DNA of 63,731 bases, the filler included, from Folioceros fuciformis (taxonomy: Eukaryota): the NCBI GenBank assembly GCA_049999805.1. It is 6 parts of 6 records of this genome, joined end to end, with 100 filler letters (N's around TTAATTAATTAA, not from the genome) between each part and the next. Parts side by side here need not be neighbours in the genome. Positions count along the whole stretch, not along the records: positions 1 to 21,182 come from JBNGIO010004556.1; positions 21,283 to 30,959 come from JBNGIO010004558.1; 4 more parts are not named here. One strand, 5' to 3'. The notes beneath the pieces are model-generated. The model had not been told where the DNA came from. It ran no database searches and saw only the letters and a list, made by a program, of their open reading frames with translations. How positions within the stretch are numbered: the stretch's first letter is position 1; each line of letters starts with the position of its first letter. The position numbers and the translations under genes were made by a program. Of the stretch, positions 11,778-24,619 are shown piece after piece.

Positions 11778-12221
11778 CGTTGTCTTAAACCTCCAAGCTC
11801 CTCATATCATAATGCCATGCGCCTCGCCGAGTCCAGACTTGGCAGCTTCTCGCAATTCGCTCCCACGTTGGCGTACGAGAGACGGTGTGACCAACGTTTT
11901 CGCCCTCCGAAAGGAGGTCTTTCCGTGTCGACCTCTATGTGTACGTTATAGGTATAAGAAAATAATACAGTATTTGCGGCCAGGTGACGGAAGCAATATG
12001 AATTGGGATACATACATACAGTACGTATCAGGCAAAACAGACCTAATAAGAAACACACAGCAGGGTATATCTATGACTCGTGCCCACCCTGTGAGACGCA
12101 CATGATGTGAAGGGCAGAAGCACAATTCCGATAAGGCAACCCGTTGCTTCTCTCCGACCTAATTAGCCTGGCCTGCGGTTGCTTACACAGGTGTCCTTCA
12201 ATAAGCAGCGTTCCTGCTCCA

Positions 12222-13453
12222 TCAGACTACAATGGTTGGATGCAAAACTTCATCTGCACTGCTCGAGTCTAGCAGGCCATCCTTGGGAAACGGCGGTAAG
12301 CCCCAGTTGGAAGGGCAGAAGTCCAGCAGGGAGGACAGAAGCTCGTCCGCTCCCGAGCAGAGACTCCGATTCAGGTTCAAATCAGGAACCATGACCACAT
12401 TCCTGAATCCCATGCCAACGCCCAATCCCGCAGCTACTATTAGTGCATTCAGCAAAGCAGAAATGAAATGGATCATTTTCACAGCGTACATCAACTCACT
12501 CACATGCCAGCATTGCGGGCGGCAGCCACGCCGGTGGGAGCATCTTCGAAAACTAGAACATTAACAGGCTTCAGAGAAGAATCCTGCAGAAACAAGGTGC
12601 TGTTTTAACATCACCTGCGGACAGACGTAATCCGAATATGCCTTCAAACATCATGCAAGAGTTAGGGGCCTAGCAGAAACCTGAAATCGGCGAGCTGCAA
12701 TAAGGAAGATGTCTGGAGCAGGTTTACCATGGACCACATCAGGGTCATCCCCTACAACTACGTGATGCATAAGTGCTGTCAGCTCCTTGTGGCGAGTTGT
12801 TTTCAGCTCATAGTGACTTCGATGCGAGCTGCAATTCGCCAATTGGAAAATGTGAGCCTTAATCAGGCTCAGCAAGGGCAAGAGAGGTTCGTACCTGGTC
12901 GCTATAGCCATTGGCACTCCGTGAGAATGCAGGTGTGTGATGAGTCGCTCTGCACCTGCAAGCCCCAAACCCGAAAACAGGAAGTTGAGGGCAAGAAGCT
13001 CTAAGCCAGTGAGGAAGCTCGGAAGCCACAAATCTTTTTTGCTCATGAAATACCTGGCATCAGGTTACTGTGTGGGAACAGGAGCTGGAGAGCCTCTTCC
13101 CGCTGTTTGATGAAATCCTCCGGGGTGATGACTCCCTCGAGGCCAAGCTCCTGCACCAAGATGCGGCCAGCCTCCAAGGCCTTCTTCCCCATCATCTTGG
13201 CCTTCAGATCCCAGGTGAAGGTCTTTCCATAGCCTGTCAAGATAGTCTGCTGCACCTCGGTGTAGAATTTCTCCGTATCTGCAGGCGTGAATGCAGCAAA
13301 CACACTGTCAAGCTATGCAAGGACAAGTTGCACATGGAGCCAAGCCCTCACGACTTTGTCCTTACCGAGCAGAAGGCCATCCATGTCGAAGAGGACGTGG
13401 GTGATGGCTGCCCGAGCAGGAGGAGCTCCATGGCTTTCCACTGGTTTGGCCAT
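12222..13453 (-). CDS. HAD-superfamily hydrolase, GPP1/GPP2-like (DL-glycerol-3-phosphatase / pseudouridine-5'-phosphatase family); about 6 exons
   Basis: Exons encode THVLFDMDGLLL/DTEKFYTEVQ (HAD motif I), HLHSHGVPMAIAT/SSHRSHYELKT, GKPAPDIFLIAARRF, LVFEDAPTGVAAARNAGM and VVMVPD...ADELLSSLLDFCPSNWGLPPF. Confidence 0.88.
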
Positions 13454-13712
13454 GACCGGAATGGCCGAAATGGCCGGACAGAGTGTGAAGGGGACTGGAT
13501 GTACAGAGTTTACATCATCCATAAATGAGGGGTCTGTGCGGGTGCGGGAAGGATTATTATTATAACTGCGGAGAAGTTGGGTGTCAGGCGGTAATGGCAG
13601 TTGGCAAAGTCGCAAGAAACGAAGGGAAGGGAAGGGACGCACGGACCAAGGCGACACCGTCGCCATAGCCTTTGCCAACGGCATCAGTGTCGTCATCGCC
13701 GTGGCCAGAAAG

Positions 13713-14854
13713 ATGAAGAAGGAGGGGCAGAGCTTCTTACACTTCCTGGCCTGCACCGTCCTGTTTGCTGCGCTGCTGTTGCCGTTGCCTTTCAATCAGA
13801 TTCACGGTCACCTTCAAATCACATTGTGTGCTTTTCTTGCCAGCGGCACCGATATCCTGCTACACACCTATGCTTTAACAGCAGAATGCCTGAGATCGGA
13901 AAGAATGGTTTCCAGGCTTAAACATCGACATCGATCTGAAATGTGAGGAGCTGGAGCCTGAGGAATGTGCGTACGCGGTGTCCTCATCCGGAGCACGCTG
14001 CGTGCTGGAGAAGCTGCCTCCTGGCGAAGCTTTTGCGTATGCAAATGTAAATGAAGGCCAGTTGCAGGCGCTGCGGTCGCGGTGTCAGGTATGACAACAG
14101 TTACAGCACTGCAGCAACATGCAAGCATCCGGACCTGGCCAAATTCTGTGAAATGTGCATACATTGAAGAGCAAAGTGCTGCTGCGCATGGCCTGCTGCA
14201 GACGTCCTCCGTCATGGCGGTGAAGCACGTGGAATGGATCGAGACGGATGAATGCATCCGATTGTGCGGCTTGCAGAGGATGACCTACGGCATGTCCACT
14301 GATGTACTTCTGGACAAAGATTCGAGCAGGATGCTGTGCTCTGGATCGTGCCTGCAGAATTGTCCAAATATTGTACAACTTCACCTGGCGCTGGCTGCCG
14401 ACGAAGGTAGCTTAAGCTTGCGTTGGACTTGGCGTAGGAATAAATGAATTGAGCTGTCCGCATGTCACTCCCAAGGTCATGGTGACAGGAGCGTCTGGAT
14501 TGGCATTATGTTGAAAATGCAGGCCTCTATCTTCCTGACCTTTGCGCGGCCTTGGGCACAAGCTTTGAGAGCCGCAATCTGGTAGAGACAGAGAAACCTC
14601 ATCATCATACTGTTCCGAATGAGGAAGAATGGGGATTCCAAAGGGAGAGGAGGCCAGGCTGGGGCTGGAATAATGATGCACCAGCTCCTCACCATGAGAA
14701 TTCCCCTGCTCCTGCTCCTTGGCCGGACAATGCAGCTGCTCCTGCTCCTCACTGGAGGCCATGGGAAGTTGAATCTGCTCCCCAGCCCGCTCCCGCGTGG
14801 AATTGGAGACCACGGCCACCTGCACCACCTCCGACGACTCATCCCGCTGGTTAA
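13713..14854 (+). CDS. PAR1 (photoassimilate-responsive protein 1) family secreted Cys-rich protein with Pro/Ala/Trp-rich C-terminal tail; exons 13713-13806, 13916-14088, 14202-14406, 14523-14854
   Basis: Spliced product: signal peptide MKKEGQSFLHFLACTVLFAALLLPLPF, then CEELEPEECAYAVSSSGARCVLEK...RCQ/TSSVMAVKHVEWIETDECIRLCGLQRMTYGMSTDVLLD...LCSGSCLQNCPNIVQLHLALAADEG/LYLPDLCA. This fits the PAR1 cysteine pattern. All introns are GT-AG with consistent phase. Confidence 0.88.
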
Positions 14855-15313
14855 CACTTTTCCATCAATTTGTACCATATTCTGTGTATGTTACCAAGTT
14901 TCAACCAGGCGCACCTACAAACTGGTTGGCCTACAGCACGATGCATGATGTGTACTGAGCAGTGCAGTGTGTGCGCAGCACCAGAAGTCTTTTATGTTTG
15001 CCTCCCTGGAACATTACTAGTGACATGGTGGGACGACGTGAACCAGACAATGCATCACGCAGCTGCACTATTAATCGCAAGGAAAGAAGAGCATGAGAAC
15101 CTCGAAAGCACAAGTGTGTGAATAAGTGAATCACATCAACATTTTCTCGAGTGTTCATCTTCCTCAGCTGACTGACTTTGTCAACGATGCACTAGCCACA
15201 AAGGAGCCGCAATATAATTAACCCCAAAACAGTGGAAGGCCCCTCACCTCCCCTCTCACCCAGCCTACCCGCAGGTTATAAGCTCAGCCTCCACCTTCCT
15301 TCCGTGCTATAAC

Positions 15314-18300
15314 TTATACCAGCACACCGTCAGTCACAGGCTTGATACCCAGCCGATGACTCAAATGCCCATTTTGCGAAAGAGGGCTTCCACTCATGTG
15401 TATGCTCCTTTGTCCGCTCGACGCATTCCCATCCTTCGAAGCTTGCTCGACGTGGCCATTTTGTGAATCTTTAGCGCGCATGGCTTCCTCCCATGTTTTC
15501 TGCATGAATTCCCTAGTGACTGCTTCCCTGCCACTTCCGTTATGAGATCCGTGGAGCAGAACAGGAGCACTAAGAGCTGACTCTTTCACGTTGCCACCCT
15601 CTGATGAGTGACGGGTTGCCGAAGAGTCTCTCTCTACCTTGCCTGTTCTGCACCACTTCCCTTCTGCGTCCACTTTCATTTTTCCTGGGCCCCATGTCAT
15701 TGCATCTTCTCCAAGCCAGTACTCCCGACTGTAGCCATTCAGGCCCGAGTGGTAAGCGGCCTTAGGCTGCCCGGCGAGCTCGTCTTCCTTGCTTTCTCCA
15801 TTGCCCGCCTCACTATAGATCTCCACATGTGAATTTCCGGGCGCCTCGTTCACATCCTGAATACAGTGGGCTTCTTCCATGTACCCTTTGGAATACTCCG
15901 TGGAAAGGTGCTTGTCTGCACATGCGTGGTCTGCATTGCTCCTCGCACCAGCTTCTGAGTTGGATAGTGTATTGAGTTCCGTACATCTGGTGGAACTTGA
16001 ATCCCTGGCGTACTTGGCTGAAATAGGGGCTCTCCCCCTTGGAGATCCGTTCTCACTCATATCACGGCTAGAGCCTCTCGTATGGCCTCTCGTATGAACC
16101 TCTTTGAAGGGACAATTTTCCCTTGTCACCATGATGTCCTTGGTATGCCCATTCTCCTTGGCATGCCCTTTCTCCCTGGCATGCCCTTTCTCCCTGGCAT
16201 GCCCGTTCTCCTTGGCAAGCCCACTCTCCCTGCCATGCCCGTTCTCCTTGGCAAGCCCATTCTCCCTGCCATGCCCGTTCGCCTTGGCAAGCCCCTTCTC
16301 CTTGGCATGCCCATCCTCCGTAACAACCCCCTTCTCCTTGGCATGCCCATTCTCCGTGACAACCCCCTTCTCCTTGGCATGACCGTTCTCCGTTGCATAC
16401 CCACCCTCCTTCACACTTCCATTCCCCTTGACAAGCCCAATCTGCTTCACATGCACGCTATCCTTGGAGAGGCTGCTTTCTTTGATATGCCTTTTCTCTT
16501 CCTTAGCATGCGCATTGTCCTTATATTGACCGTTCATCTTGACATGACCGTTCATCTTGACATGACCGTTCTCCTCCTTGGCATGACCGTTCTCTCCTTG
16601 GGCATGGCCATTCTCCTTACCGTGCACACAGTCCTTGCACTGACCGTTCATCTTGACATGGCCGTTCTCTTCTTGGGCATGGCCAGTCTCCTTGCCGTGC
16701 ACACAGTCCTTGTACTGACCGTTCATCTTGACATGGCCGTTCTCTTCCTTCGCATGCCCATTCTCCTCGGCATGCCAACGGTTCTCCTCGCCATATCCCC
16801 CGTTCTCATTGGCGTGACTTCCGTTCTCCCTAGGATGACCCACGTTCTCCCTAGGATGACCCCCGTTCTCCCTAGGATGACCCCCGTTCTCCTTAGCATG
16901 GAACCCTGTCTCCTTGGCGTGCCCCCTCTCATTCGAATGACCGTTTGGCAAGGCGTGCCCGTTCTCCTTAACATGCCCGTTCTCCTTGGCATGCCCATTT
17001 TCCTTTGCGTACCCTTTCTCCGTGGCAAACCCATTGCCGTTGGCGTGCCCATTCTCTTTCACGTACACGTGACCATAGCCATTTCCACGTTGAGATGCCT
17101 CATGTTTGGTAGCAAACACCGCCTTTCCTACAAAAGGACTTACCGCAGTACAAGCCATTGAGAGGGTGCTTGCTATTTGGCTCGTGTCTAGCTGCCCAGA
17201 TGCAGCCCGGATCAACCCTGTAACACACAGCCCCAAACGGAGAACCTTGCTGATGAGTAAAATTGTCCATCAACAAGACGTACGAGGAAAAGATTCCCTT
17301 AAGCAAAACACACCTAGGAAAGGTGCAGAAGGATGGCCCGGCCGTGAATTGAATTCAGGATGAAACTGGACACCTACATAAAATGGATGACCTGAAAGCT
17401 CAATAATCTGGACACAAGTGCAATAGTCAGCTGATTGCGATCCAAGGCGAGTATCGACTATGCAGAAACCACTGCAAAAACATATGCCTTCGGACCTCCA
17501 TCCGCTGACCCGACTCGTCTTTGCCCACAAATTGAAGGCCCGCATTCTCTAGACTGTCCACCAACTCAGGATTGACCTGAGCAGAGAATGAAGCCGAGTG
17601 AACTGCCTGCCAACAAAAGAGTAATGCTATGTAGGGTAGATGGCAATGTCAAGGATTCCACAATACCTCATATCTATGGCGATGACGCTCATCCACGTAC
17701 TTTTGCTGCTTCTGATCATCATAGAACAGATTGTTCTCATACCTACAGACCCATACAGCATAACTAGTCATTAACAAGGAAGAGCTATCTTGACAATTGT
17801 AATACACAGTTTTGGCTTGGCATTGATGGACAACAAGATAAGCCATGACGAAACTCACAGCCTTGAAATCTTGGAGTCAGGCTTTTGAATGTAGGTCCTC
17901 CGAGCTCCCAACCTCATGGTCCCACCCATTTGAGTAGTCGAGTGCTGCAGAAATCCTGAGAGTTTAGTGGACAAAAGCAGACAGCATACCATGTGATTGT
18001 CTGCCACAGTCCAGGAACCAAGTACTAGGAGTTTGCGTTGCGCTAGTAGATACCTCTGGCATGGATATAATGCATGGGTGTGCGGCTGACTCATCGAATT
18101 CAGTGCTGTTTGCATTTGCCAAGCCCAGAACCTGCAAACACATCCGTCAGCAGCCATCTCAGAATTGAGCAGTAAGACTGTATGAAGCGTCAGTCTACCC
18201 AATTGGTTTCCTGCAGCAACGAAGAAACAATGCATGTTCACTTACTGATCGAGCAAATTCAATCACTGCAACTTGCATCCCGAGACAGATGCCCAAGAAA

Positions 18301-20789
18301 GGAGTATCTGTCTGACGCGCATAGTTCACTGCCAAGATTTTTCCTTCAACGCCCCTGGGACCAAAACCTCCTGGAACTAAGATACCATCTACTGCCTGCA
18401 AACACGCACATTGCCGATTTTATTACACAGAGGTGGAGTAAACCAGAAATATAAAACCTAAAAGTTTTGGCCTGTTAACACGTTGCCCAAAGAGGAGCTC
18501 ACCTTCAGAGTGTCCCAAGCTTCAGCATATGCATCAGGAGCCTGCACGGTACACATGGAGGTAAAATCAGATCAAGCCAATTCTACCCCTTTAAAGCTGT
18601 TGTCAAGGTTCTGCTCATTTGACCAACCGTTTGTCTCGTTTCTTCCTCCAGATTCGTAGCCAACACCCACTTAAGCACCAATTTCCTGGAGCATGCAATA
18701 GATGCATGCAAGAGGGCCTGCACGAATAACAAGATCAAGGTTTAGCTCATGGGTGAAGCAGATGCACCATGAATTCTGGCATAAAACACGTAAGCCCTTA
18801 GGTGCATAATACCTTGGTAACAGACAAATAGGAGTCTGCAAGGCCTGTATACTTGCCAACCATTGCAATGGTGACAGGGGTTGAAAGCTTGTCAAAAGCA
18901 TCTGCTCTGTTGGTCCAGTCATCCAACAGAGGATGGGGCACGACACTGCACAAACATATCACCCATAATGAAACTGCATAAGACTGAGACGGAACAGTAG
19001 ACGCTCTCCTTGAAGGACCAGTATAACCAGTATGAGGTTCCAAGCACTCGGGGCTTCAGGACAGCAAAGCAGAACAATTCAAGCAGATAGACATACGTCA
19101 ATTTCAGCTGCTGCAGGATTGCTACATGTGCCTTTTGATCCTGCATTTTAAAACAGAAGAGATCCATAAGCTCAGTATTTCAAAAAACCAGTAAACCCCG
19201 CTTCTAAAACTTTACGACAACGTCAGCAGGAGACCATCAAGAACTGTCTGTTTGAGACTTTGTTGAGACCAACCTTAAGCAGTAAGGGGATGTGCCAAAT
19301 ATTAGACACGTCATGAATGTTCACTATATTGCTAGCCTGTTTCCAGCAAATATTACAGCAACATTGAGTTAGCTTCAATTCTGAGGAAGTTCAGTCACGA
19401 CAGATGTGAGATACTCTCAAGGCTGAAGCCTTGATTTGCACTTACTGAAACATGACAAAACATGGAAAGTTTCTCCTTTGTTGATTGCTCCAAGGGCTAA
19501 AAGCAACACGAAGAGATATGAGAGGGAGCCCGAAAAGACATCCAGCAGAGAAAAACTGTGAACAGTTTCTTCACTCACTTGAGCACTCCTGCATGCCAGG
19601 AGGTGCGGAGGAAGACCTAACGCTCTGAGGTCTCTGACACTGTGCTGCGTTGGTTTGGTTTTCTACAATATGCCCAAATGATAGATCAGTATGTACATCC
19701 AACGTGCCTGTGACTACATTGGACGGACTGCAGAGCATTTGCCATACCTGTTCCCCGACCACATTAATGACAGGGACCAAGCTCACATGCACTACGCAGA
19801 AATTATCCTGGCCTGCAATGCGACCACGTCAACATCGACATTCCAACAATGAGATGACAGTGTAGTTGTCGAAAAGAATGAGAAACTTGTGATTAGCCCA
19901 AACAGGTGCCAGCGATCAGTCAACTCACCCACTCGAAGCTGCAACTGCCGAAGAGCCTCAATAAAAGGCCCTGACTCGATGTCTCCTGCAAATCATATCA
20001 CAGAGCCAATTTGGCAAGGGTCATGAGAAAAAGGTAACTAAAGGCCATCTCTACACACTACTGGACAGACCATAGACAGCAACTCGCACGAGATTGGGCA
20101 AAGAGCCTTCTTGAGGGATGGAAAAGGGTAATACCAACAGTGCCCCCAAGTTCAATCACACATACATCTGCAGGACCTTCCTTTCCATCAACCGGGATTT
20201 TTGCAACACGCTCTATCGAATCCTGGATTTCATCAGTCACATGTGGAACAACCTGTTGCAAAAGTACAAGGCCAGCTTAGGAAAGTGTGAGATGAATAAC
20301 AAGGAATCCTGCCTGGGTTCTGGGTTCTGGGTTCAACACACTCACCTGTACGGTCTTCCCCAGGTAATCACCCCGACGTTCTTTGTCGATGACCGCCTGA
20401 GTCAGAAAACAATGTTCTCAAAAGGTGTACAAGTAGCAGATGGAAGCACAGAGCGAGAGGTCCAGGTGCATCATTTGGCACGGCAGGGTCGAGAAAGCCA
20501 AGAGATGACCAACCTGGTAGACCTTCCCAGTAGTTATGTTGTTGTCCTTCGTGAGGGTGATGTTGAGGAAGCGTTCATAGTTCCCGAGGTCCAGATCCAC
20601 CTAGCCAAGGTTTGGACAAGGTCAATTACAACTCGATACCGGCAGGGGGTAGAATGCCTTCGAAAATATGGTGTCCTGGCGACGTCGTGGGTGAGAGAAG
20701 AGATACTACCTCGCCGCCGTCGTTGAGAACATAAACTTCTCCATGCTCGTACGGTGACATGGTTCCTGCATCGCTGTTGATGTACGGGT
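15314..20789 (-). CDS. CTPS: CTP synthase (glutamine-dependent), many short exons; first exon(s) missing beyond the contig end at 21182; final exon 17217-15314 encodes a roughly 630-aa low-complexity tail
   Basis: Exons encode [94 protein letters not shown] (catalytic Cys), ERHRHRYE and QFHPEF (catalytic His/Glu). Confidence 0.95.
16090..17075 (-). repeat. Coding tandem repeat array, roughly 18-21 nt units, encoding (K/R)ENGH(A/V) hexa/heptapeptides in the CTPS tail
   Basis: Recurrent + strand units such as catgcccgttctccttgg and catgaccgttc. Translation: [17 protein letters not shown]...[12 protein letters not shown]. Confidence 0.9.
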
Positions 20790-21182
20790 CTGCGCAACAA
20801 ACAGTTGAACAGCATGAGCGCGGACATCAAGACACGCGGCAGAAGGCAACAAAGACGCGGCGCGAGAGCGATTCCGACTCCCGGCCAGCACCGCCTCAAC
20901 ATGGATGGTCCCCCAGGCCACAACAAGACCCAATTGGTCCAAGCGTCTGGAGGGTCTGGAGGAAAAGCAGTCCGATTGAGCGGGCTGTCGATTCCAGGCA
21001 CAGCACCCAGCAGCTGGCAGCGACAGGCTGAAGACGCAAGCTCGAAGAGCCAGCAGCAGAATAGCCAGGCATTTTAGCTGCCGGCGCCGGCAGCGGTGCC
21101 GGTGCCGGTGGTGGCACCCAATTCCCAATTACAGGCCACAAACAAGACAACCAAACAAGAGAAGCCCCGCATTGTACAGATC

Positions 21183-21282
21183 NNNNNNNNNNNNNNNNNN
21201 NNNNNNNNNNNNNNNNNNNNNNNNNNTTAATTAATTAANNNNNNNNNNNNNNNNNNNNNNNNNNNNNNNNNNNNNNNNNNNN
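21183..21282. other. Artificial contig linker (N44-TTAATTAATTAA-N44); identical linkers at 30960-31059, 40721-40820, 55236-55335 and 61982-62081
   Basis: The same 12-mer with stops in all six frames is centred in a 100-nt N block five times. Confidence 0.97.
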
Positions 21283-24200
21283 GTGCAAGTGTTATCTCTC
21301 TTCGAGATCTCTTAACCACAATTTATAGCTCTCTAGTAAGATCTTCCTCACATTAGCTTATTTCACCTAAATTTCTTCCTTGACATATTTTAATACCCTC
21401 CAATGGACTTTTTGAATGAGAAGATTTCTTAAATTGGTTAGGATAATTTTGCAGTAAATACATAAAATATGTAAATTTTAAAAAAAAACCAGATTCTTAC
21501 ATAGCTCTTATGACATAATGTACTTTGCATGCAAAAGAATTATCCTTTGCTTTTTCATGACATCATATTACCAACGAGTGTCTTGCCTTATGCAAGCGCA
21601 AGTGTTAATATTATATCTCGGCATCATAGTTTTAAATGACAACTTCTTCACCTTTGGGTTGAAGTATTTTAGAGATCTTTACTGATGGATTTCTTGTGTG
21701 TGTAGGAATAATAGCTCTAATCCCTGATGGCATCCATGAATACAAGTGCAAAGTTAGTGTGTGCTTCTCCTTCCTATATACACTACAAGATAGACTTGCC
21801 ACATGCCATGATTAGGACACCGGCATCGGATTCCTTGAAGAACAAGGTCCAAAGCTTAAGTCTCACATCATTGGGAACAAGCCAGCGGCTTCCAATTGCT
21901 CCAAAGGTTATACTGCACTTGCGTTCTAAGAGCCATCGCAGAACCATAACATGTGAAAAGAACATGGATGTTCCGAACATGGATGCTCTTCATCTACGAA
22001 GTGACATCTATGCAGTTGGACTTGTTTCTCTACTGAGGCTTGGAGGGATGGGCTTTCGGGTAAAGAATTAACAATGCTTTGAGTGAACAAAAATGTTGTA
22101 CCTTCTGAATTGAAATAACCTAAACCCTAAACCCTAAGCTCCATTACATTTCATAGCTTTGAGTCAAGCTTCAACTTTCTAACACTATGTGATTCTTGCA
22201 TTGTTTAGGCTTACATGGTTTGCGTGTTTAAAACAAATAAGGTTGGTTACATTGTTCAAGTCGGCATGCATAATGTAAGTTTTTCATTCTTTCGTTTGTG
22301 TTATCTATATAAAGGCAAGCTTTGCAAAACTTATGATTGAATCTAAGAATGAATGTTGCAAATAGCACCAATTATGGAGTGATTTTGTTTCCTTTCATTT
22401 CCCAGAGCGAGGCGCAAAAGGTTGTTCTTTTACAAGTTGAGGAATCTGAGGCCTTAAAAATCGCTGATCAATTTGAGGTAGGAAAATTTTCTACACTATG
22501 CTTCCTCTCGATCATGTTACATCTTTTTATATTTGCCTTTCTTATCAAGTAGTATTGAGGGAAGCGACTGTCTCATTAAAATCGATATTTATTTTATTTT
22601 ATTTTTTATTCAATGGTTTAGTTTGCTCTCGCAAAATAACTAGATGAGGCTCATAAGGAGTTAATACTAGTAGCACTAGCAAGTTGGCTACTTCTTGTTT
22701 TGACATATGTTTGGTTGCATATTCTCATTGAGAACGAGAAGGATTACTTCAATTTTGGGAATGGGTTTCCTAGATCCAAGTAAGTAGTTTCCTACGAGGC
22801 CATCCTTTTCTCCTCCATGCATCTAGTGATATTTTTTAAGCTTCATCAAAGTCTTTCACACTTTAATTGTTCTTTTCTTAAATATAATGCAGGTCAGCAG
22901 CATTTAAGTGTCCAATGTACATGGACTTTATTTGACATCAACATGAGATGTTAATGGGTTATGAAGAGGATCATGATCATGAAGCTCAGCAAGAGGTGTG
23001 GTTTGAACACTTGCCCTTGAGGAAGAGTCCCTCCGACACCATCCAAAACACAATCAAATCTAATGTTCTTGATGAAGACTATGTTATACCCAACGGTGGT
23101 CCTTGTGAGCTTTTGTGTTATCTAATGTTGAGCTATAGGGTAAGAGATGATGTTCATGAAGTTACCAATGATCATCCAATTTGAAGGCTACTACTACCAG
23201 TGAAGCTAATGTGATATACGTGTAAGGAATCATGTTTTTTTGCAGTACTAACAATGCTCATGTTTTCTTCAGCTCCTTGTAGTTCGATTGCTCAAGGTGG
23301 AAAGCAAAGGTAGCAAGGCTACTTATCATGCTCGTCTTTACATATCAAATGTAAGTATCTCTATTTATCACGTAGCATTTATGCCAATAAATTCAAAGAT
23401 GTGAGATATATGTGCATGTAGGATGTCAATGTTCTTGAGTATTGTCAAAACGATTTTTTACTTCCCAGAATTTGAGCGGTGCACAAACAATAATGAATTT
23501 GGAATTAGAGGAGGCAGAAGCCATGAAATTCAATGTTGAGTTAAAGGTAAGCCAAGAGCTTTGTGTGAAATAAGATTTTTCATTTTGATGACTTTTGTTT
23601 TTGGTTTCCCCTTTCTTTATCTTAAACATAAGAAGCATGTGAACATCCAAAGGAATGTGAATAATTGCACACATACAAGAAGTGGAAATGCTTGAAGGAG
23701 CAACTAAGCTTTGTATGATTTCCTTGTCCATCCTTGTCCCTAGGTTCATATCGAGGAGTAGTCGTAACATTCTTTAGGAATGGCATCCACAATTGGATCC
23801 TTAGGAACTATATAGTCACATACCCTTGAGATATAGTCACATACCCTTGAGTCGGCTTGGTGTTGCGATGGGGTTGCTAGTCATTTTCTATTGGAAGAGA
23901 GCTCTATGGGGCTAGTGGATGCAAAAGCCCTATTGGGTTAGTTTAATTTAAATCCATTATGAAATTCATTATGGAAACAAATATCAAGATGTGATAATCC
24001 ATTCACTATTCAGAAGTGACAAAACATCGAAACATGCTAAGCGTATAGCAAAAGGGCTAGTTCACTGAAAAATGAAAAAAAAAAAAGAAGAAAAGGAAAA
24101 AGAAGAAGCTCCCTATAACTTACAGCCTCCGAAGACTAACTAAGCTCCTAAGATCCTAAGTAGTCTATTAGATGGTTTAATCTATAGGTGCAACATAGTG

Positions 24201-24619
24201 TGCCCAGCCATTGCTATCAAAAGGCTTGGTTGGCATAGAGATCGAAGGTTGTTTCAGCCCTGAAAACAAAGAGACGTATTTTTATGTAGAGTTGATTTTT
24301 GTAAAACAAAATAAATGTCAAAGCCGTTACAAGACATCTTCGAGGCACATTTCTGCATGGAGTATGTTGTGTGCTCGGGCAGACTAGCCGTATATGTCAA
24401 ACTATGAGAGTCTTCCAGTCAAGTTGGTCCGCACGTACAGGTCAGGCGAAGAGGAATCTCGCCGTTGCCATCGAAAGGATGTTGAATGTGCACAACACAA
24501 GCCTCTGTTGAATTTCTGATGCTGCAAATGTAGACAGCAACTAGGACACTCGTGCACGGAATAATTTATGTTGTCGCTACAGTGGCTTATCTGAATTGAT
24601 AACATTGCAGTGACATCTC

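Noticed and set aside
14412-14878. Minus-strand ORFs over the PAR1 last exon
   Set aside because: The + strand spliced PAR1 model explains the region with conserved motifs, and the minus ORFs have no recognisable features.
16082-17161. 359-aa hydrophobic + strand ORF (LLGMP repeats)
   Set aside because: It is the antisense shadow of the ENGH repeat exon of CTP synthase.
15314-20789. Functional link between CTP synthase (UTP amination) and nearby U-to-C editing factors
   Set aside because: The chemistry is tempting, but eukaryotic gene neighbourhood gives no support. Three unrelated genes lie between them and PPR genes are abundant in such genomes.
21227-21238. Recurrent palindromic TTAATTAATTAA between N runs as a biological motif
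   Set aside because: It is identical five times and centred in 100-nt N blocks, so it is a six-frame-stop contig linker. For the same reason the two PPR genes cannot be called a cluster.
21283-23950. AT-rich region with short ORFs, possibly a decayed DNA transposon
   Set aside because: I could not recognise any transposase motif, TIR or TSD, so it is left unannotated.
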